64,000 nucleotides of DNA from Octopus vulgaris (Eukaryota): NCBI GenBank assembly GCA_951406725.2, contig OX597821.1, forward strand, positions 84,196,001-84,260,000, read 5' to 3'. Of the stretch, positions 27,257-41,450 are shown one piece after another (the stretch's first letter is position 1; each line of letters starts with the position of its first letter). The notes beneath the pieces are model-generated. The model was not told where the DNA came from. It saw nothing but the letters and a program-made list of their open reading frames with translations, and searched no databases. The position numbers and the translations under genes were made by a program.

Positions 27257-28288
27257 TTCGTTCTTGTCAAGTGATGGTGGAAGGACTAACATAGACGCAA
27301 AGACACAAACACGTAAATACATGCATACATATATACGACGGGATTCTTTCAGTTTCCGTTACCAAATCCACTCACATGGTTTGGGTCCGCCCGTGACTAT
27401 AGTAGAATTCACTTACCCAAAGTACTACACAGTGGGACTGAACTCGGAAGTATTTGGGTGGAAAACAAGCTTCTCTACCACACAGCCGAAATCACTTTTA
27501 TGGGATAGAAACATTTTATCCTCACACATCACATTCACGTAGGAACAAATAATTCAGAAAACATTCTTACAGTCTTAACACAGAACAACAACCCTCGGCA
27601 GTCACCTGACCAGCTAGATACAGCAGCTGAATTTCTTTCATATCAGACTCTACCGTCTTAAAAAAAAATGGTATCTCTGCATAATGTAATTCTGGAGATG
27701 CTCAAAGACAAGGTGGTTAATTCTTGAACATTTTTGATCATGATTGTACTCGGGAAAGGTTGACTTTGAGCTAAACAGCAACAACAGCATCATCATCATC
27801 AACAACAACAATAGCAACAGCAGCAGCAATAGCTGTAGCAGTAGCAGTAGTAGCAGCAGCAATAATTTGTTGTCATTAGAACACTTCTAAAGCTATTTTC
27901 AAATTTTCAAGTCCACTTTCAATAGTTCCGTTCCGTTTCGGTGTAGTTCGGAAATCTCTAAGTGATCGCTGAATCGGTTACAAATGCTGTTTCTGTATTT
28001 CTCACGAATCATATCCGGCTGTTTTCAACAGGAAACGACTAATTTGATGATGTAACTCAGTGGTTGGGCGCGAATAAAAAAGACGGGATGGTCATTTCTG
28101 CTCTTTGATCAAAGGCACAAGCACGGCTGTGTGGTTAAGAATCGCCCTTTGCAGCCTCGAGGTTACGGGTTCAGTCCCACTGCATGGCATCCTGGGCAAG
28201 TGTCTTTTTCCATAGCTTCACCTGACCAATATCTTGTAATTGGATTTTCGTAGACGGAAACTGAGTGGAAGTCCATCGCGTATATACG

Positions 28289-28329
<41 letters not shown>

Positions 28330-28739
28330 ATGTGTGTGTATGTATACATACACATGCATATGCGTATACATATATATGTGTATGTATATGTATGTGTGCA
28401 TGTGTTTGTCTCCCACTACACTTTGACAACCGTTTATTTACGTTCTCGCAACTTAACGGTTCAGCAGAAAGAGACCTATATAATAAGTACCAGACTTTTA
28501 AAAAATATTTTCTGGGATCGATTTGTTCGATTAAATCCTTCAAGGCGGCGCTCTTGCACGGCTGCGATTCGCTGACTGAACACTTCATCCCAACCAGCAT
28601 TAGTACGTCCTGGCAGCTATTCAGGGACATTGGAACAAACATATGTTCACGCCACACTCCACTACGATCCATGAGCAACATTAAACAAAGGTTCCAACGT
28701 AACAGAAAAGCTCTAATAAGTAAAAGTTAAAAAAAGGAT

Positions 28740-31650
28740 TAGTTGAAAAATCAACGGGTTAAAAGATTACCAGCTGCAACACGCCCGCTTGACAGATATA
28801 GTTTTTTTCTGGAATCAAAGAGGTATAATCTTCAAAAGTGTATGAAGACTATCATCGATAGCCAAAGAACAGTAGGAAAAAATGAGCCATTGAGAAAATA
28901 AACGTCAATCCCAATGTGTTCTTCTCGTTCGCCAAAACGCTGGTCCATCTGTTGGACCTCCGATAGATGACACTGCATAGTGGTGCGGAAGACATAGTTG
29001 AGATTTTTGCAGAAGTAATACTGCTCCACTTTTAGCAATACCAATATGATTAATTCAGATAGCCTAGGTGAAACATCCCCTCTCCCAGCATATATATCTG
29101 CATATATAAAAGGCAGGATGTGTGTGTGTGTGTGTGTGTGAATGTAATTTATGCATGTCCACAAATTAGCACGCATGTCGCTCCAATTTTAGGAGGACAT
29201 TCGTCATGATCCTAGCTGTGTTTTCGTCAACTTATTTTCCCCTGAGGCATCAGCGAATAGCAGTAAAAATAAAATTTCAACTAAAACTTTTGTTGTTTTT
29301 TCCATCGAGGAAAAAAGTGTTTTGTTGATATACGTACGTACGTGTGTGTGTTGCCCATATATATATACTTAAGACTTAGTTGTGATCTGAATATAACCGC
29401 TTCTGACTCAGAGAATCGGGAGCCCTTTTAGGCATTCTATTTTCCTTGCTGGAAGGGTTCCCAACCCATGAGTAAAGGTGGGGGTTAGATGATGGGGGTG
29501 GTGTTTTCAAAGGGATGGCATGTGCAACCTGATCACCTCTGCCGATCAATCTCCCAGCCCATGCAGAACTGGGTTGGGTGTGAAAACCAACATTAAAGTA
29601 TAAATATAGATGATTTTGTATCACCAATATTGTGTTCGGTTAAGTCCTATTTGGGGTGAAAAATCAATAAACTGATTCCTTATGGGGTTTTCCACTTAAT
29701 TAGGATTTAAAAAATCGATAAACCGATTCCTTATAGGACTTCCCAATAAAATTGGCTACACCCCATTTTCAACCATAACTTTTACCAATTTTGATGTATT
29801 TTGTTCAAACATAATGCCAGCATTACTTAGGATTCATGGGATCTTTGAATGCTTTAAGTTCTCCAAAAACGAAAAGAAAATTGATGTGTGAAAAAAATCG
29901 ATAAACCGATTCCTTATGGGATTACCCAATCAAGTTGTCTGCAATTAATTTTCAGTCTAAAGTTTACCAATTTCAACGGATTTCGCCCAACTTTGACGCC
30001 GATGTTACCTAGTTTGGTTTGAAATAAAGAACTTGATTAGCTTAATAATCCTAACTTAATCCCAGGCAAAACCGGGCTACACTGTTAGTCTGATATATTA
30101 TTTGGCGCCTCGGATATCATAGCAGCTATTAACAAAATTAAAAACAACTCAGTTGCAAGCTCCGACACATTCCCCGTTAGAGTCCTGAATGAGTGCCGGC
30201 ATCAATTGGCATTCCTTTTAGCCATTCTCTGGAAGAAATCACTGGACGTTGGCTATATTTTCAATAATTTGCTATCCCATTCGAATTTCCCAGTTTTTCA
30301 AAAGGGCAACATATCACTAGCAGTGAATTATTGACGGATCTCACCTAAATCTCATATCATCAAACTATTTGAGAGGGCGGTGACATCTCGAGTAACTCAC
30401 TTTCTGGAAAGTGGCAGACTACTTATTCCCAACCAGCATGGTCACCACAATGGCAGGGATTGCTCAACACAGCTCCTGAATCAGTTTGATGACATCCTAA
30501 AGGCCCTAGAAGAGAGTTCCAATGCAGATGTCGTCTATCTAGACTTCGGCAAGACCTACAACACGGATAATCGCAATATTCTATTAAAGAAACTATCCAA
30601 AATTGGAGTCCTCGGAGAACTATTAAAGTGGATTGAATGTTTTGTGATGAACAGAACACAGTATGTTGTGATAGATAGTGTTCAATCAAGCTGGACAAGA
30701 GTCATCAGTGGAACCCCATAAGGGCCCATTCTCTTTTCATTATTTCTATCAATGACATCGTTGATGTCATCAAACACAGCAGCATTAGAATTTTTGCTTC
30801 TGCAGGTCGTCGACTAGGTAAGAGACCTGAGTAATTTCCAATCGGACCTACTCGCTGTTATCTAATGGGTAGAAAAAACAATATGCAGCTAAATAAGAAC
30901 GAATTTGAATTAAATCACTTCGGTAAGGAGGCTGTACCTAAGCGTCTACACACTCTTCCCCAAGGCGAAAACCGCCTGGCATCAAACGCTGCTAGGAAAT
31001 TTTGAGCAACTGTGCACAACAACTTAAGCCGGAATGCCAAGCACAAACAACAAGGTCGACACGTCTCGGAGGGCATGCTCCTGGATCGTCAGGTCTTTTT
31101 GGACTACAGATGCTCTCACCGCTATCTTTCTCTTCTCCACCTTTGTCCATGCCCGCCTTGAATACTGTTGTCCGGTGTGATCTCCGTAAACGAATCAAAA
31201 TTGAAACATCTCAGTGATCAATCACAAAAATAAAAAAAATAGTTGACAAGAGAAGTCTTGATTATTGGGATCGTCTCGAGAAGCTCAAACTTTATTCCTT
31301 CCAAAGCTGCTATGAGCATTGTCCAAATATTCCAACAGCATTGTCCAAATGATGTTAGCACCAACTTTAAAATTCACCGAAGGTATGGACCCCTTGCCAC
31401 TCTTCCCCTGCAAAGATCATATTCGCGTCACATCACAACACTAAGACAGAAGTGTTTCACCTCAGTCAGCCCTACTCTCTTTAGCACTGAGCCAAGACAC
31501 ATAAGAGAAGAAAAAAATTTCAGAACATTCAAACGCTTCCTGGATGGAATATCTCATACAAATTCCAAATAAACCACAAACACCTGGAAATATCTCTGCA
31601 AACAATAACTCTCCATTTGAATAGTCTTTGGTGCCCAAAGAATGGCTGTA
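28740..31650 (+). mobile_element. Decayed CR1/L2-group LINE ORF2, interrupted at about 29090-30088
   Basis: AIEKINVNPNVFFSFAK; NY*RISPKSHIIKLFER; NQHG..GRDCSTQL; DVVYLDFGK; WIECF..RTQYV; VISGTP*G; LEYC. Confidence 0.85.
29358..30088 (+). mobile_element. Helitron-like non-autonomous element nested in the CR1 relic
   Basis: Ends ccaggcaaaaccgggctacactgttag|t (hairpin + CTAG-like end). Internal repeats of aatcgataaaccgattccttat. Confidence 0.5.
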
Positions 31651-32098
31651 ATGTGAGACATCCTTAAATGTCGTTTCCTGGTGGGGCTATTAACTTAGAG
31701 GCTGAAGCTTACTTAAATATCTGTCTAAAAGGTAAGGACCACTTGATATGTTGACTTAATAACAGACGTAGCAGCAGCGGTCGACACTAGAGTACCAAGA
31801 GCAGGAACAACGAACGCAGTAGTATGGACAGACACAACAACGACAATACGGAATCAATTAAGTCAAGCACTCTTGGATATTTATTATGTTATCAAATGCT
31901 ATCAACAACAACAACAACAGCAGCAGCAGCAGAAACATCCGTAGACACAACAGCTGTGGGAGTGGCGGCAGTTAAGAGTCATAACAATCATCATAATGTT
32001 TATTACATTATGGTGGGTCACAACAACAATAACAATAACAAAGTTTCAATGTCCTGTCCGAAACAGAGACGACAAAGCGTGTGAGTAATGTAAGGAAC

Positions 32099-32156
<58 letters not shown>

Positions 32157-32407
32157 GCGCGCGCGCATACACACACACGCATACACCTGTACATAATACT
32201 TGTATTTAAGTAGTACCTCTGTAGTTAAGTAGTACCGTTGAAGGACCTCTGTATTTGAGTAGAACCAGTTTCACTTCCAATGTTAAAATCTCATTTGTAT
32301 CAAAATAATTTCTCCGCTTTCAAACCGCAACCTGTTCACTGTCGAAACTTCAACGGACAAAACTTCGCAACAGTAAGGCAACACGAAGTTTTGTCAGCGA
32401 ACGGCAA

Positions 32408-32438
32408 ACACGCACACACATACACACACACACGCACG

Positions 32439-32469
<31 letters not shown>

Positions 32470-32492
32470 GCGCGCACACACACGCACACACG

Positions 32493-32524
<32 letters not shown>

Positions 32525-32576
32525 TACACATACACACACGCACACACGCACATACACACACACGCACGCGCGCACG

Positions 32577-32632
<56 letters not shown>

Positions 32633-32843
32633 CACGCACACACGCACACATACACACACACACACACACGCACACACACACACATGCACACACATACACA
32701 CACACACACACACGCACACACATACACACACACGCACGCACGCACACACACGCACGCACACAAGCACACACACACACGCACACACATACACACACACGCA
32801 CGCACACACACACATACACACACACACACGCACACACACGCAC

Positions 32844-32882
<39 letters not shown>

Positions 32883-32935
32883 CGCACACATACACACTCA
32901 CACACACACACACACACACACACACAAGCACACAT
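32408..32935. repeat. Imperfect (CA)n array
   Basis: Direct reading. Confidence 0.95.
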
Positions 32936-34048
32936 TCATTGCCTTTCATTTGCATGTATGTGTATGTATGTGTGCGTGAGTGTGTCACCGTTGAAGTCGC
33001 TCGTGCAACTTGTTTGCGTATATATATTGGCTTAGTGGTGCAGAGTGCTTGGAAATTGTGAATAAGGTGCAGGTTTTTAGTACTTGTCGGTAACTTTTTT
33101 CCTCTTCGTCTTCTAATACCCAACTTTCTAGACTCTTCTCACCTCTATCTTGCGTTCAAACATTTCACGGGTATTTAAAAAATTTTCATTCAATAAATAA
33201 TAAATTATTATACATTAATATAGGCGCAGGAGTGGCTCTGTGGTAAATAGCTTGCTAACCAACCACATGGTTCTGGGTTCCGGGTTCAGTCCCACTGCGT
33301 GGCATCTTGGGCAAGTGTCTTCTACTATAGCCTCGGGCCGACCAATGCCTTGTGAGTGGATTTGGTAGACGGAAACTGAAAGAAGCCTGTCGTATATATA
33401 TATATACGTGTGTGTGTTTGTGTGTCTGTGTTTGTTCCCCTAGCATTGCTTGACAACCGATGGTGGTGTGTTTACGTCCCCGTCACTTAGCGGTTCGGTA
33501 AAAAGAGACCGATAGAATAAGTACTGGGCTTACAAAAAGAATAAGTCCCGGGGTCGAGTTGCTCGACTAAAGGCGGTGCTCCAGCATGGCCGCAGTCAAA
33601 TGACTGAAACAAGTAAAAGAGTAAAAGAGTAATAGAATAATAAATAATAAAGTGCGTATACATTAATAGAATAAACTGTCGGTTTTCCAAATGGCGACTG
33701 AAAACTTCAAAGAGAAAGTGAGAGACTTTGCAAATGAGAATGGAATACTCCGCAGTGAATGTAATGAATATTTAAATTTGTGAGTTGGACGCAGTGAATG
33801 CAATGAATATCTATATTTGCGAGAAATTGGAGTTTAAGAAATTCAAGAAAATTGAGAAATCGAAATAATAGGAAACTTCTTAGAACATGAATTTATAAAT
33901 ATATTTCCAGACGGTCAACCCTTTAATAACTGCTTTCTTTTTGTACTTTTAGTAATTGTTATATACCTAGTTCATAAGCAGCTTTCTCCATTATAGTATA
34001 GATGTGTGTGTATGTATGTATGTATGTATGTATGTATGTGTGTCTGAA

Positions 34049-34096
<48 letters not shown>

Positions 34097-34116
34097 TATA
34101 GATATATATATATATA

Positions 34117-35404
34117 CAGGGTGGGGAAGTAAAATTTACAATGAACGTTAAGTTGTTTTTTCTCAGCAGGCACTAAGTCAATTGTTTTGAAACCTAGCAT
34201 ATTTTGATGTCATAATCATACCTAACATTATTATCTTTACCTTTTCCAAAACTTTTGCCCATATGAGTAATCAGGAAAGCAAACATCAAAGAGTGTGATT
34301 TTCTGAATGCACTCGTCACACCAAAGGAGATTTCAAGAATAGTTGGAGTGTCCATAAAGACTGTTTATAATGTAAAGAATAGAATGACTATGAGCAAAAC
34401 TATTACCAGGAAGTCTCGAAGTGGAGGAATCAACAAAAAACGTACCAAAGCTTTTATTAAAGCTTTCAAATCCAAAATCCTAAAGGATCCAACCAAATCC
34501 ATGAGAAAAATGGCAATTGAACTTGAGGTAGACAACAAGACCATTAGAAATGCAGTAAAATATGATTTGAGGTTAAAATCTTACACAAGAACTCCAAAAC
34601 ACTTGTTGACAACAGCTATGAAGGAAAAGAGATTGGAGAGGTGCAAGAAAATTATTACATGGTTCAAGAAAAAGTCCTCCATTGTAACGATCTTTTGAGA
34701 TGAAAAGATCTTCACTGTCGATGCTGTTCTGAACCACAGAAATGACAGATTTATCGCAAAATCAACAGCTGAAGTTTAAGGGATATTCAAAACAAAAGAT
34801 CTTGCACAAGTTATGGCTTTTGTTGTTGTGGTTTCCGATGGAAAGAAAATGCCTATAAAATTCTACAAAGCTGATGAAAAGATCAATGTTAATACTTACT
34901 ACAAGACTTTGAGATACTAGGTATTGCCATGGCTTAAAGCAAACTACACAGACGATAATTATGCATAGATACAGGATGGTGCTCCAGCCCACACAGCTAG
35001 AACAATACAAGATTTCTGCAAATCCAACTTTAACAATTTTTTGGAATCAGGTTTATGACCGCTTTCTAGCCCAGATCTAACCCCTCTGGATTATGCTATT
35101 TGGGGCGTTTTAGAACATGCTACCAATAGAACATCACATAGCAATGTCGACTCTCTTAAAGATACTATTACAGAAGAATGGGAGAAGTTGTCTCCCAAAT
35201 ATTTGAGGAACACCTGTGCAAGTTTCAGGAAGCGTGTGAAGGCAGTTATTGAGAAAGAAGGAGGACACATTGAATAAAAATATTTTCTATTATGTAAATT
35301 GTCCTGTGGCAAATAAATTCTCGTGACTTTCAATAAGCAAATTGATCATACACTGTCTTTCAATCCCTGCCTCAAAATATTGTAAACTTTGCTTCCCCAC
35401 CCTG
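34117..35404 (+). mobile_element. Full-length decayed Tc1/mariner-superfamily transposon, DD37D (maT)
   Basis: TIRs cagggtggggaagtaaaatttacaat / attgtaaactttgcttccccaccctg with flanking TA. Transposase relic F*DEKIF, QDGAPAHT, SPDLTPLDY with 37 residues between D2 and D3. Confidence 0.92.
34263..35277 (+). pseudogene. DD37D transposase pseudogene
   Basis: Several in-frame stops plus an N-terminal frameshift; HTH region visible in ORF 34348-34698. Confidence 0.88.
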
Positions 35405-35786
35405 TATATATACATACTGGGACAACTGCTTTCGGAGTTGAATGTCCTATGTTTTTCGCGTGATCTTTTCCTACACCCACTGTTTCAATGCTTATATTGT
35501 TTCTTACTTTTTATTTTCCTTATGTATTTTTCTTCTTTTTTTTTAACTTTTTATTTATTTATTTATTTTGCAGGCTACGTTGTTGGCAGATCAACGAAAT
35601 GGCGGAGGCGTCTCTGTTTCATTGTAACCTTTCGCATATGACTGAATAGATATGTTAAATAGAAAAGTGATAAATAACTTTTAAAAATACTCCAAGGAAA
35701 CTATGTTCACATTTTTGCAACTTTCTTACAAGACATTTGTATAAGTGAGGACTTTTAACTGACGAAACAGTCTATATGACTCCACT

Positions 35787-36202
35787 AAGGCGGCGAGCTG
35801 GCAGAAACGGTAGCACGCCGGGCGAAATGCGTAGCCGTATTTCGTTGCCGTTACGTTCTGAGTTCAAATTCCGCCGAGGTCGACTTTGCCTTTCATCCTT
35901 TCGGGGTCGATAAATTAAGTACCAGTTACGCACTGGGGTCGATGTAATCGACTTAATCCGCTTGTCTGTCCTTGTTTGTCCTCTCTGTGTTTAGCCCCTT
36001 GTGGGTAGTAAAGAAATATATATTTCGTCTGCCGCTACGTTCTGAGTTCAAATTCCGCCGAGGTCGACTTTGCCTTTCATCCTTTCGGGGTCGATAAATT
36101 AAGTACCAGTTACGCACTGGGGTCGATGGAATTGACTTAATCGCTTTGTCTGTCCTTGTTTGTCCCCTCTGTGTTTAGCCCCTTGTGGGTAGTAAAGAAA
36201 TA
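35787..36202 (+). mobile_element. SINE family B (Meta-domain-like), dimeric, with 14-bp TSD
   Basis: ggcggcgagctggcagaa head; core gtcgactttgcctttcatcctttcggggtcgataaattaagtacc twice; TSD tatatgactccact at 35773-35786 and 36203-36216. Confidence 0.9.
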
Positions 36203-37077
36203 TATATGACTCCACTCCATCCACTCCCACCCCAACCCAGTCTTAGCTTAATATGAGAGTTTCAGAAAGGAACTGTTGCTTTTTCACTGTATTTCTCATC
36301 CTTCACGTTCCGTCTTTTTCTGTAGTTCTGCACTCCATAAACAGATACTAAAAAAAGTACAGACTTTATATATGTTCACAAACTAGGTTAGTTGAAATAT
36401 GTTTGTCACATATTTCGACTACTAAAGGTAAATACACTGCACTTACCGCAGAGAAAAATATCTTATAGTAAAAAGGTGTGAAAAAACTCCATTCGTCCAG
36501 TGTCGCCGTCTCTTGGGAATCTCAGCGCCGGGTATCTTTGCTAGTTTGCGATAAAGGATCCGACATATCTGTTACGTGGTAGCAAGGTGTGCAAGAAATA
36601 GCAGCCAAATGTTTCCTTTTCTGGGGAAAGGAACCGGTTACGCATGATTTCGATGTCACATTCGTTGAAAGCATGCGAAATAACCCGGAGAAGAAAAAAA
36701 CCCATGAAACAAAACTCCGTTACTGGGAAACTGAGTTTCCTGGCGACCCACTAGGTCACGAGTAGTGTAGTTAATTTTACTCGCATCTCTATCTTAGTAG
36801 AAACTGATGGATAAGGAAATCAAACTATATAAAGAAACGACAGCAAAACCGTTCAGAAATTAAATTACACTAACATATTCAGTAACAATAATAAATTTAA
36901 TTTATCCTCGACAATTTTTAGTTTTACCAATTTTGAATATATCGCTCCTGTTTAAAACCTCTTACTTACTTGACAATTACATTTCTAACTCTGCCTTGAA
37001 GGGAGATTTACTTCTTCGACTCGCGTTTTTGTTGAGGATAACTCAATATTACCGACCTAAGTACTTGATAATTATAA

Positions 37078-38161
37078 GACAATTTATGGCACCCTCCACC
37101 CTAGGGCGAACGAACACAGGTTCTATATGAAGAGGAGTAAAGTTGGACATAGGCTGATTAGCGTACGGGAGTGCATCGACAGGGAAAGAAGAAACATGGC
37201 AGAATATTTGGTAAACAGCAAACAAGACCTGCTGCAGTATGCTGCTAATGTAGAAGGAGTTAACAAAAATGGACTTGAGAGTACTCATGAATTCTGATCA
37301 AGAACAGCCAATGAGAGAGAAAAAACCCTACTCCGCATGGAATTACATGGTCAGTTCCACTGTGAAACCAACAAATTAAAAGACCAGGAAGTATTATGGA
37401 GGTGGCTTAACAAAGATAACCTTAAAAAAAAAGAATACTGAAAGCCTAATCATCGCTGCCCGGGATTAGGCATTGAATTCCAACTCAGAGAAAAAGAATA
37501 TATACTACACGAGTACAACGGACCTCTGCAGAATATGTAGGAAGAGGGTCGAAAGCGCGACTCACATTGTTAGTGCTTGTGAAACTCTTGCGCAGAAAGA
37601 GTACAAGCGTAGACACGACAAGGTCCAAAACCTCCACTGCCTACTATGCCGTAAGTGTGAATATGAAGTTACTGGCGCTTGGTACCAACAAACACCAGAA
37701 AAGGTAATGGACGAAAAGGGAAGACAAAAATCTCCTGGGACTTTGATTTCGAGACAGGCAAGGTATTAGAACACCGAAGGCCGGATATAGTAACCTATAA
37801 GAGGGACAAACAAGAGTGCCTAATAATTGATGTGGCAGTGCCAGGAGATCAGCATATCATCATGAAAAAAATAGAAAAGGTTGATAAATATGGAGACCTG
37901 AGAATTGAGATCGTTAAGATGTGGCAGCTATGAGAGTCAAACATAAAGGTTACCCCTATTGTCATCGGAGCATTGGGTTCAATACTACCCAATCTAAAAA
38001 AACATCTGAAAACTTTAGAAATACCCTTGGAACTGCACGCATATTGCGTAAAGCACTGCCTGTTTGAGGTCCTTGTTATGACTTGGCAAACAGTACAAAA
38101 CCCCGGTAGACACAATCTCTTCAATCACCAACCTCACAATATTGTATACTGTGTGACGTCT
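37078..38161 (+). mobile_element. Decayed 3' fragment of R4/Dong-like RLE retrotransposon
   Basis: Broken-frame motifs LHPRANEHRFY, LHGQF, CRIC...THIVSAC, YKRRHDKV, RRPDIV..LIIDVAVP, PIVIGALG. Ends directly at (TAA)n 38162-38490. Confidence 0.88.
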
Positions 38162-38182
38162 ATAATAATAATAATAATAATG

Positions 38183-38222
<40 letters not shown>

Positions 38223-38283
38223 TAATAATGATAATAATAATAATAATAATGATAATAATAATGATAATAATAATGATAATAAT

Positions 38284-38368
<85 letters not shown>

Positions 38369-38410
38369 GTAATAATAATAATGATAATAATAATGATAAT
38401 AATAATAATG

Positions 38411-38488
<78 letters not shown>

Positions 38489-38489
38489 T

Positions 38490-38523
<34 letters not shown>
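38162..38523. repeat. (AAT)/(GAT) array
   Basis: Direct reading. Confidence 0.95.
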
Positions 38524-39080
38524 AAATGCCCTGACGCAGTACCAGGCACTGGCCCTCATTGTTTCTGATCTTAACTGATTGGAATTGTTATCATGTACAT
38601 TATTTTGTCTTGGTATAAAAGATGGACTACAGCAAATATTCTGCTCAATACCACAGATTTGCTTGTCAGTTGTTTGACCTTAACCAGTTGAGCATGTCCC
38701 TTAGTGGCTGACGATATGTGCATCTCTGATCACGAACAGAAGTAATAGGGGAGCGTTATAGCCATGTGTTGAGAGGAATCCGTCTCGGTTTGAATAATCC
38801 CCTTCTAGAAACATGGGTGTTTCATTCAACATCCTTAAACAACCCTTATTCAGGGACCTTTTGAGCGGGATGGGCTACTCAACCTGAAGAAAATTCTAAC
38901 TGGGCCCCACCTGCAAGGTCATATGCTGTTTATCTTGATATGAGATCACCATGTCGCGCACATAAGGTTGTGATGCATGTGCCTGGTGTATCCTTATCAG
39001 ACGGGTAGTCATGATGGGTATATTGGACTTCGTATATTTGTACCCCAGTCTTACTTTGATGGCCTGCACTGCTCTCTCAA
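38524..39080 (+). mobile_element. Non-coding element in (TAA/TGA)n, candidate non-autonomous partner of Dong-like elements
   Basis: Follows the (AAT)/(GAT) array and ends in ttaatagtaataa. No ORF. 3' stem-loop gac-GGGTA-gtc at 39000-39010. Confidence 0.5.
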
Positions 39081-39289
39081 TTAATAGTAATAAAAATCCT
39101 TCCTATTATAGGCACATGGTCTGAAATTTTGAGGGAGGGGCACTAGTCGATTACATCGACCCCAGTATTTCGCTGGTACTTATTTTATCGCCCTCGAATG
39201 GTAAAGTCAATCTCAGCTGAATTTGAACATAGAGCGCAGCGACGGACGAAATATCGCTAAGCAATTTCATCCGGCGCGCTAACAATAAA

Positions 39290-39575
39290 CTTATTTCAAG
39301 AATTTAGAGCATGAAAACTGTAAAGGTTGTGTCTGTAATAATTGATGCATTGGGAACTGTGAGCAGAGATATAGACGAATGGTTGGAGGAGATTGTAATG
39401 TCTTGTAGAGCTTCTATAGAAAGTTTGCCTCTTAAGAACAGAAGATTATCAGGAAGGCTCTAAGCACTTGAAATACTATTGAAAGCTTGTGAATACCTAA
39501 GGTTACAGGTAGATACCCGCTATCCACATAAATCCAACCAAGAATAAGAGCGAACCTGTATCAAATCAATAATAA
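39290..39575 (+). mobile_element. Short decayed 3' end of R4/Dong-like element
   Basis: KVVSVIIDALGTVS...IIRKALST* followed by 3' stem-loop and aataataa. Confidence 0.7.
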
Positions 39576-40114
39576 ATTTCAACAGGCACAAGGGATCGAA
39601 CAGACACATTAAACGGGAGACTTACAAAGATGTGTGAGGTGGAACGAAAAAGTTAGACAAAAGCGAAGGGAGTGGGTTTAAAATGTTATACAATATACAA
39701 TTTGGTTGGATTTAAAATTTATAAAGCTCGAAACATTTAGACGGAATTTTTTTTTTAATCAGTATGATTAATCACATAATACTTAAAACAAGATACTTAT
39801 ATCTAAAAACAAATTAAACGTCCACTTGTGTTGATCAGGATGTCTCGTGTTTCTATTATGTATTCTTCATAGCTATACGGGACAAGTGTGAGACCATATC
39901 TAATAGGTCGTTGATATATGATACTTCATAAGGAATATTGTTCCGTACTTATTATACTGCTTAAAATATGATCCCATTCCTTTTTTAATCCGTACTTCGA
40001 TTGGATATTTTATAAGATTCTTTGTAGAATTTTATTTTTTATTTCATATTTTATTGATTTTTTTCTTTTGTGAATGGCTGAAAATAATTCAATGGCTGTA
40101 AATTTCATTTCATT

Positions 40115-41450
40115 CAGGGTGGAGACTTGTTCTTCTTCATACGATATCGGCTCTTCCTCAGAGGAGAAAGTTTCTTCTTTGCGGGAGGTGTATCTTGCTT
40201 CGCATTTTTAATACTTTGTTTTTCTCCCTTGGGTCTCATTTTTTTAGGAAATCTGCTTATGCCCATCACCCTCCATCTGGTCCGCATTCCTCGTAAATAC
40301 ATGGGGTGGTGCTGCGATGAGGGGAGGGACTGGTCGTTTCGTACCCTCCGTTGTTGCTGTTGCTATTGTTGTGCTGGTGGTGGGGTGGGGGTGGGGGGAG
40401 GAGCTTATTAATCTCGTCGATTGTGGCTGAAAGAGATTCTTCGATCTCGTGGTTCGCTACTGCTAATAAGGACGGAGCCACTTTATTTGGTTTTTTGTCT
40501 GGTGTCCACCCTGCGACTAACAATCTCCATGTTTTGTCGTTACCTTTGTATGCTTATATAATTTGTTTATGCTGAAAGCTTTAAGATGGGTTTTGCTTCC
40601 ACATATGTAACAACCTTCCTCTCAGCACCCTCTACAGGACACATTTCTGATACATCTTTGGACTGACGAGATCGTGTATATCTATGATGATCCCCATCCG
40701 ACCACATATCACTAAATATTATATCAGCAGTGACAACTTGCCAATATAGAGCGACAAAGGTAACCACTCTCCACCGGTCCACATCATCACAAATGCCCCT
40801 GACAGTGGACATCTGCGTTTCCCCTTCCCAAATTCTGCAGAACCACTCATGAACAGGAGCATCACGCACTATTTCGGTTTCCACTTTCACCGGGTCCTCT
40901 GTTTTAAAGATGACGCAAATAGTGCTTATGACATTTTTCCCAATATAAGAAACTAGCAGTATCGCCCGGCGTTGATCGGGTTTGTAAGGGAAATAACTAT
41001 ATAAGCATTTTTAGAGAGCTATAGCCAAAAAATAGCAAAAAAATGCATTAAAAATGGAAAAAAATGATGGTAAATTTTTTTTAAATCGTTGACTCATCGT
41101 AGACATTTTTAGAGAGTTACTTCCCTTATATAATAGCGAAAAAATACATTAAAATGGAAAAAAATGATGGTAAATTATTTTAAAAATCGTAGACTCATCG
41201 TAGACGCGCGCTAATACCCAGAAGGGCTCGATATGAATCACGACTATAAGATACCCGGTTTTGGTTAAACTGCACCGCAAAATCTGGGAATAGTTAGGAA
41301 TTTAAATCGTAGGAGACAGACACACAACCTCTCTTTTATATATAAAGATTTCATTTCAAATAACTGTCAGAGTTGTCTCACATTTTATGTTTGGATCTTT
41401 CGTATGGAAAGTTTTCTTTTTCGACAGATCGCTAGCAAAAGAGAATTTAT
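40115..41450 (-). mobile_element. Possible LINE ORF1 relic, split by a Helitron-like element
   Basis: Broken ORFs with a basic tail; family assignment is tentative. Confidence 0.3.
40953..41348 (-). mobile_element. Helitron-like non-autonomous element
   Basis: Minus strand a|TCtttatatataaaa ... cccgatcaacgccgggcgatactgCTAG|t. Second copy at 62077-62475. Confidence 0.8.

Noticed and set aside
35540-35650. Strong polypyrimidine acceptor ttttgcag|G
   Set aside because: No convincing donor or sustained frame downstream.
38524-38590. Possible HDV-like ribozyme at the 5' end of the TAA-associated non-coding element
   Set aside because: Only simple hairpins found; the nested double pseudoknot could not be built by eye.
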